DNA of 64,000 nucleotides from Escherichia coli (GTDB lineage Bacteria; Pseudomonadota; Gammaproteobacteria; Enterobacterales; Enterobacteriaceae): NCBI RefSeq assembly GCF_003991155.1, contig NZ_CP031293.1; one strand, 5' to 3'. Shown piece by piece: positions 44,055 to 58,381 of this stretch (position 1 is its first letter; each line of letters starts with the position of its first letter). The notes under the pieces were generated by a model. It saw only the letters and a program-made list of their open reading frames with translations, ran no database searches and was not told where the DNA came from. The position numbers and the translations under genes were made by a program.

Positions 44055-44304
44055 AAAATAATACCTACGAACATCTTCCAGGATACTCCTGCGGCGAAAT
44101 ATTTGTTTTAAGCTCACTCACATATCGCAACATTTACTTTACTTTAAGACAATTCCAGGCAAATTATACAACACTTTACGGGATAGTAAGTCCGCCTGAA
44201 AAATCGCGAGAGTGGCGCATTAGGTGACCCATGTTGTTCCGTTTAGTCATGATGAAATATTCAGGTAAGGGGAATTATCGTTACGCATTGAGTGAGGGTA
44301 TGCC

Positions 44305-44928
44305 ATGTCAACGATTATTATGGATTTATGTAGTTACACCCGACTAGGTTTAACCGGGTATCTGTTGAGTAGAGGGGTTAAAAAAAGAGAAATCAACGAC
44401 ATTGAAACCGTTGATGACCTTGCCATAGCTTGTGATTCACAGCGCCCTTCAGTGGTGTTTATTAATGAGGACTGTTTCATCCACGATGCTTCTAACAGTC
44501 AGCGTATCAAGCTCATCATTAATCAACATCCCAATACGTTATTTATCGTTTTTATGGCAATTGCCAATGTTCATTTTGATGAATATCTATTGGTCAGAAA
44601 AAATTTATTGATCAGTTCTAAATCGATTAAACCGGAATCTCTCGACGATATCCTTGGCGATATTCTGAAAAAAGAGACAACGATAACCTCGTTTTTAAAT
44701 ATGCCGACGTTATCATTGAGCCGAACCGAATCGAGTATGTTGCGAATGTGGATGGCAGGTCAGGGAACCATTCAAATCTCTGACCAAATGAATATCAAAG
44801 CCAAGACCGTTTCATCGCATAAAGGTAATATTAAACGTAAGATCAAAACGCATAATAAACAGGTTATCTACCATGTCGTCCGACTGACGGATAATGTGAC
44901 TAATGGTATTTTTGTCAACATGCGCTAA
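44305..44928 (+). CDS. rcsA: Capsule synthesis co-regulator RcsA (LuxR-type)
   Basis: 207-aa ORF matching recalled RcsA. Confidence 0.95.
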
Positions 44929-44934
44929 CACATT

Positions 44935-44960
44935 CTGACTGGTGGTTTCCCACCAGTCAG
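44935..44960. terminator. Bidirectional terminator hairpin between rcsA and dsrB
   Basis: Inverted repeat ctgactggtgg/ccaccagtcag with a 4-nt loop between convergent genes. Confidence 0.55.
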
Positions 44961-44971
44961 GCTGAATTAGA

Positions 44972-45250
<279 letters not shown>

Positions 45251-45322
45251 CTATACTTAAGAGATGCCAGGCGGACTTAACGACTGGCGGCAACAACAGA
45301 GTAACGGTTGCGAGGAAAGATG

Positions 45323-45550
45323 ATGAAAACCGCAAAAGAGTACAGCGATACCGCAAAACGTGAGGTCAGCGTCGATGTCGATGCCCTGCTGGCGGCGATC
45401 AATGAAATTAGCGAAAGCGAAGTTCATCGCAGCCAGAACGATTCTGAACACGTTAGCGTCGATGGACGTGAATATCATACATGGCGTGAATTGGCGGATG
45501 CCTTCGAACTGGATATTCATGACTTCAGCGTCTCTGAAGTGAATCGTTGA
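45323..45550 (+). CDS. yodD: Stress-induced small protein YodD
   Basis: Start at MKTAKEYSDTAKRE (75 aa); the track ORF begins 5 codons earlier. Confidence 0.85.
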   Translation: MKTAKEYSDTAKREVSVDVDALLAAINEISESEVHRSQNDSEHVSVDGREYHTWRELADAFELDIHDFSVSEVNR

Positions 45551-45564
45551 ATGCACAATAAAAA

Positions 45565-45650
45565 AATCCCGACCCTGAGGGGGTCGGGATGAAACTTGCT
45601 TAAGCAAGAAGCACTTAAAAAATTCGTTACACCAGGAAATCTGATGTGTT
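45565..45650 (-). ncRNA. dsrA: DsrA small regulatory RNA (Hfq-dependent; regulates rpoS and hns)
   Basis: Reverse complement matches the recalled DsrA sequence including the terminal GC-rich hairpin CCCGACCCCCUCAGGGUCGGG and U-tail. Confidence 0.85.
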
Positions 45651-45829
45651 CATCACCTTATCCGCAATTTTTTTCGCTGACAAGAAAATATTCGTGATAT
45701 GAATGATTAACGCTACTTATGAATAGAAATGTGACGCGCGTCACCCCTTGGTGGCTCTGGCGTCAACGGGATCGCTCCCGAAAAAATCATCTTTGATAAT
45801 TTGTGCTGTTTTGAGAATCATCCTGGTAA

Positions 45830-48354
<2,525 letters not shown>

Positions 48355-48524
48355 CCTGACGACTCCAAACCTGCTTTTTTATGATTCTGGCATAACCCGG
48401 CGATAACGTACCGCAAAACAGCGATAATTTTATAATGGTGGCATGATAAGACGCGACTATCATTCATTGCAGGCATTGGCACACCAGGCCGGATGTGATC
48501 CGGCCTGGTGTTAATGATACCCTT

Positions 48525-48707
48525 TCAAACTTCTTCCGCAGAACGACTCCCCTCCCCCGGAACAAGCTCGGTTTCATGAAAAGCTTCCCGCTTGACCCCG
48601 TAACCGTCATACCAACGACACTCAACCATACCGCTGGAGTATCCAGTGACAATCATCCGCGGGCCGCCCTCTTTAACCGTAACTTCCTCACTAACCATAA
48701 AGCTCAT
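48525..48707 (-). CDS. yodC: Small protein YodC
   Basis: 60-aa ORF; synteny. Confidence 0.75.
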   Translation of the reverse strand: MSFMVSEEVTVKEGGPRMIVTGYSSGMVECRWYDGYGVKREAFHETELVPGEGSRSAEEV

Positions 48708-48785
48708 ACTCGCCTCCTTTTTTCGAGTGAAACTTGTTCACCTTAGTTGAAGATGGCGAATTTTGCATAATAGCCTGTGCGAGTA

Positions 48786-49703
48786 TTAATGTGCCTGACC
48801 GCGCATTTTCGCTACGGCTTTCACTCCCAGCACCACGATGCCGCCGATGATAAATCCAAGAATCAGATTTAAAACAGTCGGTAATATCATCGCCACCACT
48901 GCACTTTGCTGCCCGGCGAAATGTTCAATGGCGTGATGCAACGGCGCAATACCATGTACCACAATCCCGCCGCCGACGAGGAACATCGCCAGCGTGCCGA
49001 CAATCGATAATGCTTTCATCAGCCAGGGCGCGATAATCAATAACCCTTTACCTAATGCCTGCATCAGCGCGCTGGATTTTTCCGCCAGCCAATACCCCAG
49101 GTCATCAATCTTAACGATAACCCCTACCAGACCGTAGACGCCCACGGTCACTACCAGCGCGATGCCTGAAAGCACCAGCACCTGATTAAGCAACGGTGCC
49201 TCTGCCACAATCCCCAGCGTGATGGCGACGATTTCCGCAGACAAAATAAAATCGGTACGAATCGCCCCTTTTATTTTGTCTTTTTCAAACTTCAGCGGAT
49301 CCTGCGCCGCCAGCTTCTCCAGACGCTGCTGACTCTGCGCCGGATCTTCTTTATGTTTACGCGCCTCCAGCATATGCAGCACTTTCTCTACCCCTTCAAA
49401 GCAGAGAAACGCGCCGCCAATCATCAACAGTGGCGTAATCGCCCACGGGATAAACGCACTGATGATCAGCGCCAGCGGCACCAGAATCACTTTATTGATC
49501 AGCGATCCTTTCGCCACGCCCCAGACCACGGGAAGTTCCCGGTTGGCGCGCACGCCTGAAACTTGTTGCGCATTGAGCGATAAATCATCCCCTAATACAC
49601 CGGCGGTTTTCTTCGCCGCCAGTTTGCCCATCACGGAGATATCGTCCAGCAGTGTGGCGATATCATCGAGCAACGTCAGTAAACTACTCCCGGCCAAAAG
49701 CAT
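48786..49703 (-). CDS. yedI: Inner membrane protein YedI (DUF808)
   Basis: 305-aa membrane ORF; synteny. Confidence 0.9.
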   Translation of the reverse strand: MLLAGSSLLTLLDDIATLLDDISVMGKLAAKKTAGVLGDDLSLNAQQVSGVRANRELPVVWGVAKGSLINKVILVPLALIISAFIPWAITPLLMIGGAFLCFEGVEKVLHMLEARKHKEDPAQSQQRLEKLAAQDPLKFEKDKIKGAIRTDFILSAEIVAITLGIVAEAPLLNQVLVLSGIALVVTVGVYGLVGVIVKIDDLGYWLAEKSSALMQALGKGLLIIAPWLMKALSIVGTLAMFLVGGGIVVHGIAPLHHAIEHFAGQQSAVVAMILPTVLNLILGFIIGGIVVLGVKAVAKMRGQAH

Positions 49704-49875
49704 TCCCTCTCATTTTTATTTTTGAAGGGTGTAAGTATGAAGCAAAAACGGCAGCTCTGATACTTGCTTCACAGGTCAACATTTTTTTAACAATCAAGTG
49801 CAATTATATCTCTCGCCAGCAGAATGATTTTCACGTTTACTATGAACCACCTTTTTATTTCCACCGTGAGGGATT

Positions 49876-50808
49876 ATGCGTTTCCGCCAGTTGTTACCGC
49901 TTTTTGGCGCGCTGTTTGCGTTGTATATCATTTGGGGCTCAACCTATTTTGTCATTCGGATTGGAGTGGAAAGCTGGCCTCCATTAATGATGGCGGGCGT
50001 TCGATTCCTGGCAGCCGGTATTTTATTGCTGGCATTTTTGCTACTGCGCGGACACAAACTTCCCCCGCCACGTCCGCTGCTCAATGCCGTGCTGATTGGC
50101 CTGTTATTGCTGGCTGTCGGTAATGGCATGGTGACGGTTGCCGAACATCAAAATGTTCCTTCCGGCATCGCCGCCGTAGTGGTTGCAACCGTGCCCCTCT
50201 TTACCCTGTGCTTCAGCCGCCTGTTTGGCATTAAAACGCGCAAACTGGAATGGGTGGGTATCGCCATTGGGCTTGCCGGAATCATCATGCTCAATAGCGG
50301 TGGAAACTTAAGCGGCAATCCGTGGGGCGCGATTCTTATTTTAATCGGCTCGATTAGCTGGGCGTTTGGCTCGGTTTATGGCTCGGTTTATGGCTCGCGC
50401 ATTACCTTACCTGTAGGGATGATGGCGGGTGCGATTGAGATGCTGGCGGCTGGCGTGGTGTTAATGATTGCGTCGATGATTGCGGGTGAAAAACTGACGG
50501 CGCTCCCTTCCCTTTCAGGCTTCCTTGCGGTCGGCTATCTGGCGCTGTTTGGTTCGATTATCGCCATTAACGCTTATATGTATTTAATCCGCAACGTCAG
50601 TCCGGCTCTCGCCACCAGCTACGCCTACGTTAACCCGGTGGTTGCGGTCTTGCTGGGTACGGGACTGGGCGGCGAAACGCTGTCGAAGATTGAATGGCTG
50701 GCGCTCGGCGTGATTGTCTTCGCGGTGGTACTGGTCACGTTGGGAAAATATCTCTTCCCGGCCAAACCCGTTGTCGCGCCAGTTATTCAGGATGCATCAA
50801 GCGAGTAA
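49876..50808 (+). CDS. yedA: EamA/DMT-family inner membrane transporter YedA
   Basis: 310-aa polytopic ORF; contains a 12-bp in-frame tandem duplication (see findings). Confidence 0.9.
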   Translation: MRFRQLLPLFGALFALYIIWGSTYFVIRIGVESWPPLMMAGVRFLAAGILLLAFLLLRGHKLPPPRPLLNAVLIGLLLLAVGNGMVTVAEHQNVPSGIAAVVVATVPLFTLCFSRLFGIKTRKLEWVGIAIGLAGIIMLNSGGNLSGNPWGAILILIGSISWAFGSVYGSVYGSRITLPVGMMAGAIEMLAAGVVLMIASMIAGEKLTALPSLSGFLAVGYLALFGSIIAINAYMYLIRNVSPALATSYAYVNPVVAVLLGTGLGGETLSKIEWLALGVIVFAVVLVTLGKYLFPAKPVVAPVIQDASSE

Positions 50809-51267
50809 ATGAATCCCCTGCGTGTCGATCTGCGCGCTGGCACCTTCGCCGCAGATCCACTCTTCCAGACGCTCGGTAAGCGCCGCATCCGTCAGCTTCT
50901 CGCGCCCACGTAACGCACACTCCCAGACAATCAGTACGCGCCAGCCAAGCTCCTGCAAGCGACTGATATCACGGCGATCCCGCTCAACATTTTTACCTAT
51001 CTTCTCCAGCCAGAACTCGGTTCGAGTCGCAGGCACTTTAAACAGATAGCAGTGATGATGATGCCAGAAGCAGCCATGGGTAAATATCACGCAGCGATAT
51101 TCATCAACGACAAAATCCGGGCGTCCGGGCAGACTGGCGTCCTGAACGCGAAACGCCAGGCCCTGCCCGGTTAACAGACTGGCGAGGCGCTTCTCTATCG
51201 CCGTATCACGCGTGGCAATCGCGCGCATATTTTTGCTGCGAGTGGCCTTATCGTGAACGTCGGCCAT
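50797..51267 (-). CDS. vsr: Very-short-patch repair endonuclease
   Basis: Start at [17 protein letters not shown] (156 aa); overlaps the 3' end of dcm. Confidence 0.95.
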   Translation of the reverse strand: MADVHDKATRSKNMRAIATRDTAIEKRLASLLTGQGLAFRVQDASLPGRPDFVVDEYRCVIFTHGCFWHHHHCYLFKVPATRTEFWLEKIGKNVERDRRDISRLQELGWRVLIVWECALRGREKLTDAALTERLEEWICGEGASAQIDTQGIHLLA

Positions 51268-52666
51268 GTTGTGCCTCTTGCTGACGCAACGCCACCGCCT
51301 GTTTGATTTTTGGCTCAAGCAGTTTTGCCACCGCGGCAAAGACCGGCACGACCACCGAGTTACCGAACTGGCGATAGGCCTGAGTGTCCGAAACCGGAAT
51401 GCGGAATTTCGCTTCTCCCGGCGCTTCAAAACCCATTAAGCGCGCGCATTCACGAGGCGTTAACCGACGTGGACGATGTTGCTGATTCAGCGGATCGTCA
51501 AAGTCTTTCTCACCCGTGGCCATATCCCAGCCGCGGTCGATTAAAATTTCCGCGCCATCCTTGTAATAACGCGCAGACAGCGTACGGGTGACGCTTTGCG
51601 GATTGTTCGGATAAACCATTCCATAACCGAAGCCGTTACCGCGCGCCTGATGTTTTTTCGCATATCGATAGAGGTACTTCCACAGCACCGGCGTCAGGAT
51701 ATATTTTGCCTCAACCATCGGGTCCAGCAGCTGCGCCAGCGTCACTCGCTGTGCAGGGAAACATTTGCTGATATCACGCAGAGTAAAATCGGCTTTCAGA
51801 TTCAGATCGCGACGAAAACCCACCAGCACGATGCGTTCACGGTGCTGCGGCAGGAAATGTTTACCATCGATGATTTTCGGATCGTCCGGCCCGTTATCTT
51901 CTGCATCAGCCACGTCATAGCCCAGTTCGTCCAGCGTCTGCATGATGATGCGGAACGTTTTACCCTGGTCGTGACTTTTCAGGTTTTTGACGTTTTCGAG
52001 CACAAACATCGCCGGACGACGCGCGTCGATAATGCGCACCACATCAAAGAACAGCGTGCCCTGGGTATCGCAGGCAAAACCGTGCGCCCGCCCGAGCGAG
52101 TTCTTTTTCGATACGCCAGCCAGCGAAAATGGCTGACAAGGAAAACCCGCCAGTAATACATCGTGTTCAGGAATGTGTTGACGAATATGTTCCGCCGCCG
52201 CCTCATCACTCACGCCTTCTTTATGGCTGAGGGTGATGTCGCGGATATCTTCATTAAAATGATGCGTCGCCGGGTCGCAATAATGGTTGGCTTTATAAGT
52301 GCGTACCGCATGTTTGTTCCATTCGCTGGTAAACACGCACTGTCCGCCAATCGATTCAAAACCGCGACGAATGCCGCCAATTCCGGCGAATAGATCGATA
52401 AAGCGAAACGCATAATGCGGATGATGTGCCGGTGGTTTGGGTAACAACGTTTGCAGATGGGCGAACTCTTTCTCACTTAAACGGTGCCATACCGAGTCAT
52501 TCGCCAGCGCACGTTTTAAAATTGCCGCGCTCCAGTGATTCTCACCCACACCATTAAGCTGCGCCACCAGCGTTTTAACATCATAAATTTGCAGCAGTTT
52601 CTCCAGCATTACCTGTGCGGCATTCCCGGTGCTGTATGAATCGGTTACTGATAAATTTTCCTGCAT
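51248..52666 (-). CDS. dcm: DNA cytosine-5 methyltransferase (CCWGG)
   Basis: 472-aa ORF with C5-MTase motifs (FAGIGG, PCQPFS, ENV); overlaps vsr by 20 nt. Confidence 0.95.
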   Translation of the reverse strand: MQENLSVTDSYSTGNAAQVMLEKLLQIYDVKTLVAQLNGVGENHWSAAILKRALANDSVWHRLSEKEFAHLQTLLPKPPAHHPHYAFRFIDLFAGIGGIRRGFESIGGQCVFTSEWNKHAVRTYKANHYCDPATHHFNEDIRDITLSHKEGVSDEAAAEHIRQHIPEHDVLLAGFPCQPFSLAGVSKKNSLGRAHGFACDTQGTLFFDVVRIIDARRPAMFVLENVKNLKSHDQGKTFRIIMQTLDELGYDVADAEDNGPDDPKIIDGKHFLPQHRERIVLVGFRRDLNLKADFTLRDISKCFPAQRVTLAQLLDPMVEAKYILTPVLWKYLYRYAKKHQARGNGFGYGMVYPNNPQSVTRTLSARYYKDGAEILIDRGWDMATGEKDFDDPLNQQHRPRRLTPRECARLMGFEAPGEAKFRIPVSDTQAYRQFGNSVVVPVFAAVAKLLEPKIKQAVALRQQEAQHGRRSR

Positions 52667-52732
52667 AGATTTAACCGGCCATCTGAGATGGCCGACAGGT
52701 TAACATAATTACAGCCATTTAGGGCCACGCGC

Positions 52733-53428
52733 TCAGCCCGCGGGTGAAAACGCATCTATCACCTTGTGATCGACACCTTCATTCTCCCCCGCCAGTTCGG
52801 CACTGAGCTTCGCCATAAACTCGACTAAAAATTGCGCGTTGTGCTGCGCCAGCTGCTTGCCTCTTGCGGTTTGCATGGTTTGCGGTAGCTTCAGCAACTT
52901 AGTCTGGAAATGATCCAGCGCGTAGCGTTTATCATCAAGCGGACGATGCTGTGCGAACGGATCTTCACCATCAAACAGCGCCACGCCCAATGCCCCTGAA
53001 ACGGCAAACACGCGCGCCAGGCCAATCGCCCCCAGGGCTTCCAGCCGATCCGCATCCTGGACGATTTTAGCTTCCGTTGTTAAGGGGGCGATTTGCGCGC
53101 TGAAACTGTGAGCGGCAATGGCATGACAAACGGCCTCGATTTTCTCCGCCGGAAATTGCACGAACTCTTCACGGAGCAGGCGACGCGTCTCTTCTGCCGC
53201 CAGGATTGAAGAACGCTGCCGTTGTGGATGATCTTTCGCCAGGCTCACAATATCGTGAAAATAACAGGCGGTTAAAATCACCAGCATATCGACATCGTCA
53301 TCTGCCGCCAGCTTCTGTGCCGTAGCCCAGACGCGGCGAAAATGACATACGTCATGGGCCGCGTCCTGGTGCTGATGATGGTTTTTCAACCAGTTTTCGA
53401 ACTGTGCCTGCCAGTGTTGTAAGTCCAT
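52733..53428 (-). CDS. yedJ: HD-domain phosphohydrolase YedJ
   Basis: Start at [10 protein letters not shown] (231 aa); HD motif present. Confidence 0.9.
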   Translation of the reverse strand: MDLQHWQAQFENWLKNHHQHQDAAHDVCHFRRVWATAQKLAADDDVDMLVILTACYFHDIVSLAKDHPQRQRSSILAAEETRRLLREEFVQFPAEKIEAVCHAIAAHSFSAQIAPLTTEAKIVQDADRLEALGAIGLARVFAVSGALGVALFDGEDPFAQHRPLDDKRYALDHFQTKLLKLPQTMQTARGKQLAQHNAQFLVEFMAKLSAELAGENEGVDHKVIDAFSPAG

Positions 53429-53467
53429 ACGCGCTCCGTTGCCAAAGAGTCGCAACCTTAGCAGTTT

Positions 53468-53851
53468 TTATTCATAGCGTCTGCTACGTGCGGGACGAGG
53501 TCGGGTGTACCAGGCAATGCTGCCTAACAATGCCCCAACCAGAGCCATAAATAAAAAGCCGACCAATGCTCCTAACCACTTCCCCGCGGTAGATCCTAAA
53601 TCACTTTCAAATCCCGACACGGGGGCATCGGGGATCCGGCTCATTACCCAGATGTATCGCGCCATTGCCCAGACGAAATAGCCACACCATGTATAGAAAG
53701 CCCACAAAGCCAATTTGCCGCCAGGGCTGCGAGAGAGTCTCTCTTCCATCTTTGTCGAACCGTATTCCATTTTGAGATAACCCGGAAAATTCAGACTTAG
53801 AACTATTATGTGATAAAAGTCACATTTTTCCACATTGGATGAGCCAGTCAA
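53468..53851 (-). CDS. yedR: Inner membrane protein YedR
   Basis: ORF with two hydrophobic segments; synteny. Start codon uncertain; the track ORF is 127 aa. Confidence 0.7.
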   Translation of the reverse strand: MTGSSNVEKCDFYHIIVLSLNFPGYLKMEYGSTKMEERLSRSPGGKLALWAFYTWCGYFVWAMARYIWVMSRIPDAPVSGFESDLGSTAGKWLGALVGFLFMALVGALLGSIAWYTRPRPARSRRYE

Positions 53852-54398
53852 GACTCAATCATTTTTTGAACAAATAGATAATTTTTGCGCAATGGCAGTG
53901 AATACAGGAAAAATCGTTTTGAGCGATTTTATTTATCTTTGATATCGGCTTTATTAATTCATTCAATCAATATATTAGCACTGATTACAATTATACCTTT
54001 TTATTTTTCTGTGTCATGATGCCTCCGTTATTAGCCTTTTATCGTCTTGTTTATATTTTTTGGGCCGGCATGATGCCGGCTTTTTTTATGCCTTCATTAA
54101 TGTGCGCGTGATCACACCAGCCGTTTGGCGCAACAATCATTGATACCCCCCATGTTTCCGCTCAACTCATAACATATTGATATACATTTATAATTTTCAT
54201 GAATATTTATATTTAGAATTCATAATTCTGAATTATATCAAATAGATTAGAAACATTTTGAAATCTTTTAAATACATTTGTTACATGTAATCTTTAAAAT
54301 AAAATGAACTTCATAGAATAGTATCCAAATGTGCTTTTTTTTGGATAACGGCACTTATTGATATATTCATGAAGATTATAATCACAAGGGAATACATA

Positions 54399-55472
54399 AT
54401 GAAAAGAAAAGTTCTGGCAATGCTGGTCCCGGCGTTATTAGTTGCTGGCGCAGCAAATGCGGCTGAAATTTATAATAAAGATGGCAATAAAGTTGATTTC
54501 TACGGCAAGATGGTTGGCGAACGCATCTGGTCAAATACTGATGATAATAACAGCGAAAACGAAGATACCTCCTATGCTCGTTTCGGTGTTAAAGGTGAAA
54601 CCCAAATCACCAGCGAACTGACTGGTTTTGGTCAGTTTGAATACAACCTCGACGCCAGCAAGCCCGAAGGCTCTAATCAGGAAAAAACCCGTTTAACCTT
54701 CGCAGGTTTGAAATATAACGAGTTAGGATCTTTCGACTATGGTCGTAACTACGGTGTTGCTTATGATGCCGCAGCTTATACCGATATGTTAGTTGAATGG
54801 GGTGGTGATTCCTGGGCGTCCGCTGACAACTTCATGAACGGTCGTACCAACGGTGTTGCAACCTACCGTAACTCTGATTTCTTTGGTCTGGTTGATGGTC
54901 TGAATTTTGCTGTGCAATATCAAGGTAAGAACAGCAATCGTGGCGTTACTAAACAAAACGGTGATGGCTATGCGTTGTCTGTAGACTACAACATCGAAGG
55001 TTTTGGTTTTGTAGGTGCATATAGCAAATCTGATCGTACTAATGAACAAGCTGGTGACGGCTACGGTGATAACGCTGAAGTGTGGTCATTAGCAGCCAAG
55101 TATGATGCAAATAATATCTATGCAGCAATGATGTACGGTGAAACCCGCAACATGACCGTTTTGGCTAATGATCATTTTGCAAATAAAACCCAAAACTTTG
55201 AAGCTGTTGTACAGTATCAGTTCGACTTCGGTTTACGTCCGTCTTTAGGCTACGTATATTCCAAAGGCAAAGATCTTTATGCTCGTGATGGACATAAAGG
55301 TGTTGATGCTGACCGCGTAAATTATATCGAAGTTGGTACCTGGTACTACTTCAATAAGAACATGAACGTCTACACAGCATACAAATTTAACCTGCTGGAT
55401 AAAGACGATGCAGCGATTACCGATGCCGCAACTGATGACCAGTTTGCAGTTGGTATCGTCTACCAGTTCTAA
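54399..55472 (+). CDS. yedS: OmpC/OmpF-family outer membrane porin, intact, at the position of the K-12 yedS pseudogene
   Basis: Signal peptide [21 protein letters not shown], mature N-terminus [16 protein letters not shown] and C-terminal VGIVYQF typical of general porins; symbol assigned by synteny only. Confidence 0.85.
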   Translation: MKRKVLAMLVPALLVAGAANAAEIYNKDGNKVDFYGKMVGERIWSNTDDNNSENEDTSYARFGVKGETQITSELTGFGQFEYNLDASKPEGSNQEKTRLTFAGLKYNELGSFDYGRNYGVAYDAAAYTDMLVEWGGDSWASADNFMNGRTNGVATYRNSDFFGLVDGLNFAVQYQGKNSNRGVTKQNGDGYALSVDYNIEGFGFVGAYSKSDRTNEQAGDGYGDNAEVWSLAAKYDANNIYAAMMYGETRNMTVLANDHFANKTQNFEAVVQYQFDFGLRPSLGYVYSKGKDLYARDGHKGVDADRVNYIEVGTWYYFNKNMNVYTAYKFNLLDKDDAAITDAATDDQFAVGIVYQF

Positions 55473-55514
55473 TCAGCCAACGCGCCGCGGCGTGTTACTG
55501 TAAAACTTAACACT

Positions 55515-55551
55515 AGCCTGAGTTCGTCCCTCATCGAACTCAGGCTTTTTT
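55515..55551 (+). terminator. Rho-independent terminator of the porin gene
   Basis: Hairpin agcctgagttcg/cgaactcaggct followed by TTTTTT. Confidence 0.7.
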
Positions 55552-56063
55552 ATTGGCATTTCATCTCCCTCTGCGGCACATGCAATTGCCAAAGCATATC
55601 GATACAGTACCTTACCCTGCCCCTGCTGGCACAATAACATCTACCCGCGACTCTTCCAGCCAACACCCAAATGCATTTCTTTATGAATTAATCTGCAACA
55701 AAACCGCCTCCCATACAGAAATATTTGCAAAAAAAGTGCATGGAAAAAGCTTTTTCTCTACCAATCCGGGATATAAATATTCATCAGCACCACAATATTC
55801 CACAGCACTAAATCTCTCCCTGCCGCCCCGTACCTCTGATAATGGTCTAAAATCATTGAGGCCACTTGCGACGACGTTGTTCAATAAGGAAAATTTGGCG
55901 TGAATAATATTCAACACCAGTGCAGCATCATCATTACATACTTACACCCGCCGACTACCGCTTTCGATATATTGACTCAATTTTCCAGCCTGGTTAAAAA
56001 TAGCGACCAGCTCAGTCGCAAATATAGTGACTACCCTAACTAAGCAACAACAAGGAATACACT

Positions 56064-56915
56064 ATGACTGTTCAAATAAGTAAAAATCCGCAGGTCGATA
56101 TTGCTGAAGATAATGCCTTCTTCCCTTCAGAATATTCGCTTAGCCAATATACCAGTCCCGTCTCTGATCTTGATGGCGTGGACTACCCAAAACCGTATCG
56201 CGGTAAACATAAAATTCTGGTGATCGCCGCGGACGAACGTTATTTGCCGACCGATAACGGCAAACTTTTTTCGACCGGTAACCATCCGATTGAAACGTTG
56301 CTGCCGTTGTATCATCTCCATGCTGCAGGTTTCGAATTCGAAGTGGCGACGATTTCCGGTCTGATGACCAAGTTTGAATACTGGGCTATGCCACACAAAG
56401 ATGAAAAAGTAATGCCATTCTTTGAGCAGCATAAATCGTTGTTCCGTAATCCGAAGAAACTCGCGGATGTTGTCGCCAGCCTCAACGCAGACAGCGAATA
56501 TGCAGCAATCTTTGTTCCTGGTGGTCATGGCGCACTTATTGGTTTACCTGAAAGCCAGGACGTGGCTGCCGCTTTACAGTGGGCAATCAAAAATGACCGT
56601 TTTGTTATCTCCCTTTGCCACGGCCCGGCGGCTTTTCTGGCGCTTCGCCACGGCGATAACCCACTGAATGGTTATTCTATTTGCGCATTCCCAGACGCCG
56701 CAGACAAACAAACGCCAGAGATAGGCTATATGCCGGGTCATCTCACCTGGTACTTCGGCGAAGAGCTGAAGAAAATGGGCATGAACATCATTAATGACGA
56801 CATCACCGGGCGAGTACATAAGGACCGTAAAGTTCTCACCGGCGACAGTCCTTTCGCAGCGAATGCGTTGGGTAAACTGGCGGCGCAGGAAATGCTGGCA
56901 GCTTACGCGGGTTAA
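56064..56915 (+). CDS. hchA: Glyoxalase III / protein deglycase Hsp31
   Basis: 283-aa DJ-1/PfpI-family ORF matching recalled HchA. Confidence 0.95.
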   Translation: MTVQISKNPQVDIAEDNAFFPSEYSLSQYTSPVSDLDGVDYPKPYRGKHKILVIAADERYLPTDNGKLFSTGNHPIETLLPLYHLHAAGFEFEVATISGLMTKFEYWAMPHKDEKVMPFFEQHKSLFRNPKKLADVVASLNADSEYAAIFVPGGHGALIGLPESQDVAAALQWAIKNDRFVISLCHGPAAFLALRHGDNPLNGYSICAFPDAADKQTPEIGYMPGHLTWYFGEELKKMGMNIINDDITGRVHKDRKVLTGDSPFAANALGKLAAQEMLAAYAG

Positions 56916-57022
56916 TCCCTGTTACATTGTAATGTAAGCGTATAATCAATCGCAGCCACGTTAATACTCACGACGTGGCTGCGTTTTTTCACGGTTAATT
57001 TATGGCGTACTGAAGCCCGATG

Positions 57023-58381
57023 TTAATTTCTTTGCGGTAACGTAATCCGGAACACATTATGCTTATTGAGATAGTGATACGTAGCACTTCCCCCATGCAA
57101 TTCGGCAATCGCTTTGACTAAAGAAAGACCAAGTCCCTGACCTACGGAATGACGCGAATTATCTCCCCGCCAAAATCTACGGAAGAGTTTTTCAGGCTCA
57201 TGAATTTTCGTTCCAGGACTGGCGATATCAATATTAAGAGAACCGTTGGTATCAAGAAAACTGGTTATCTGAATACGCGATTTTTCTGGCGAATATCGAA
57301 TAGCGTTAACAATAAGATTCGATAACATTCGTTGTAGTAAAATTTTATCCGCAAAGATGTGCTGATTGCACTCGACCTTAAAGCAAATCTCTTTCTCGTC
57401 TGAAAGGTATTCAAGATAGTCCAACAAATTTTCGACTTCATTATTGAGAGAAAGCGAGTCCAGTTTCACCAAAACATTATTTTTATCTGCCCTGGCAAGA
57501 AACAGTATGTTCTCTGTTAACCGCGAAATATTTTCCAGCTCTTCAATGTTTCCGGCAATTGTTTTTTGATATTCAGCGATACTTCTGGTTTGACTGAGCG
57601 TAACCTGATTATGACCCAGTAATGCATTAATTGGCGTTCTAAGTTCATGAGCGAGATCGTCAGCAAACTGACTTAGACGCTCAAAATCTTTGACTAAAGC
57701 TTGGTGCATTTTATTCAACGCCTGCCCAAGAGGTTTTAGTTCTCTCGGTAATGCGCTAACCTCAACAGGCTCTCGGCTATCGTTATAATTCAGCGCTTCC
57801 GTTACACCACTCAACTTTTTGATCTCTCGTAACCCCGTTCTGATTAACAACGGACTTAATACTGAGCACAGTATAATGGCGACAATGCAAATTATAATGC
57901 TATTAATTTTATACTGTTCAAGCATGTTATGTCTGGCTGAAGCCAATTTAGCCACAGTAACCGTTAATGATGGCGAAACTTCATCAATATTAATTCGTAA
58001 AGCATCTATCTCTGTGTCATTAATAATGCTTCTGTAAATGCCAGCTGCGCTAATTGTCTCACTAGCAGGTATGTTATTTAACATGCCATCACTGACATTT
58101 GTCCGGTTAACAATTTTATTGATGCCATCACCATGAATGATCAAGATATCCTGACTAACATCCATCATCCGGTTAAAGTACACAGGTAACGTATCTGGAT
58201 TTACCCCATCAATTAACAACTGCTTGATCTGCGCTGTCCGGTTAATGAGTGTTGTATCATCGCGCCATTTCAACTCACTTGCCAGGCCATTATAGAGAGT
58301 CCAGACAATTCCAGCGCCAGCAACAGACAGCAGCAATATAAAAAGCAAGGTTAAACGGACGGTTATAGATAATCTTTTCAT
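57023..58381 (-). CDS. hprS: Two-component sensor histidine kinase HprS (YedV)
   Basis: 452-aa ORF with two transmembrane segments, H-box LAHELRTP and ATPase domain. Confidence 0.9.
   Translation of the reverse strand: MKRLSITVRLTLLFILLLSVAGAGIVWTLYNGLASELKWRDDTTLINRTAQIKQLLIDGVNPDTLPVYFNRMMDVSQDILIIHGDGINKIVNRTNVSDGMLNNIPASETISAAGIYRSIINDTEIDALRINIDEVSPSLTVTVAKLASARHNMLEQYKINSIIICIVAIILCSVLSPLLIRTGLREIKKLSGVTEALNYNDSREPVEVSALPRELKPLGQALNKMHQALVKDFERLSQFADDLAHELRTPINALLGHNQVTLSQTRSIAEYQKTIAGNIEELENISRLTENILFLARADKNNVLVKLDSLSLNNEVENLLDYLEYLSDEKEICFKVECNQHIFADKILLQRMLSNLIVNAIRYSPEKSRIQITSFLDTNGSLNIDIASPGTKIHEPEKLFRRFWRGDNSRHSVGQGLGLSLVKAIAELHGGSATYHYLNKHNVFRITLPQRN

Noticed and set aside
55553-55903. 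116-aa ORF between the porin gene and hchA
   Set aside because: Low-complexity translation, no ribosome binding site, and it lies in the hchA promoter region; likely non-coding.
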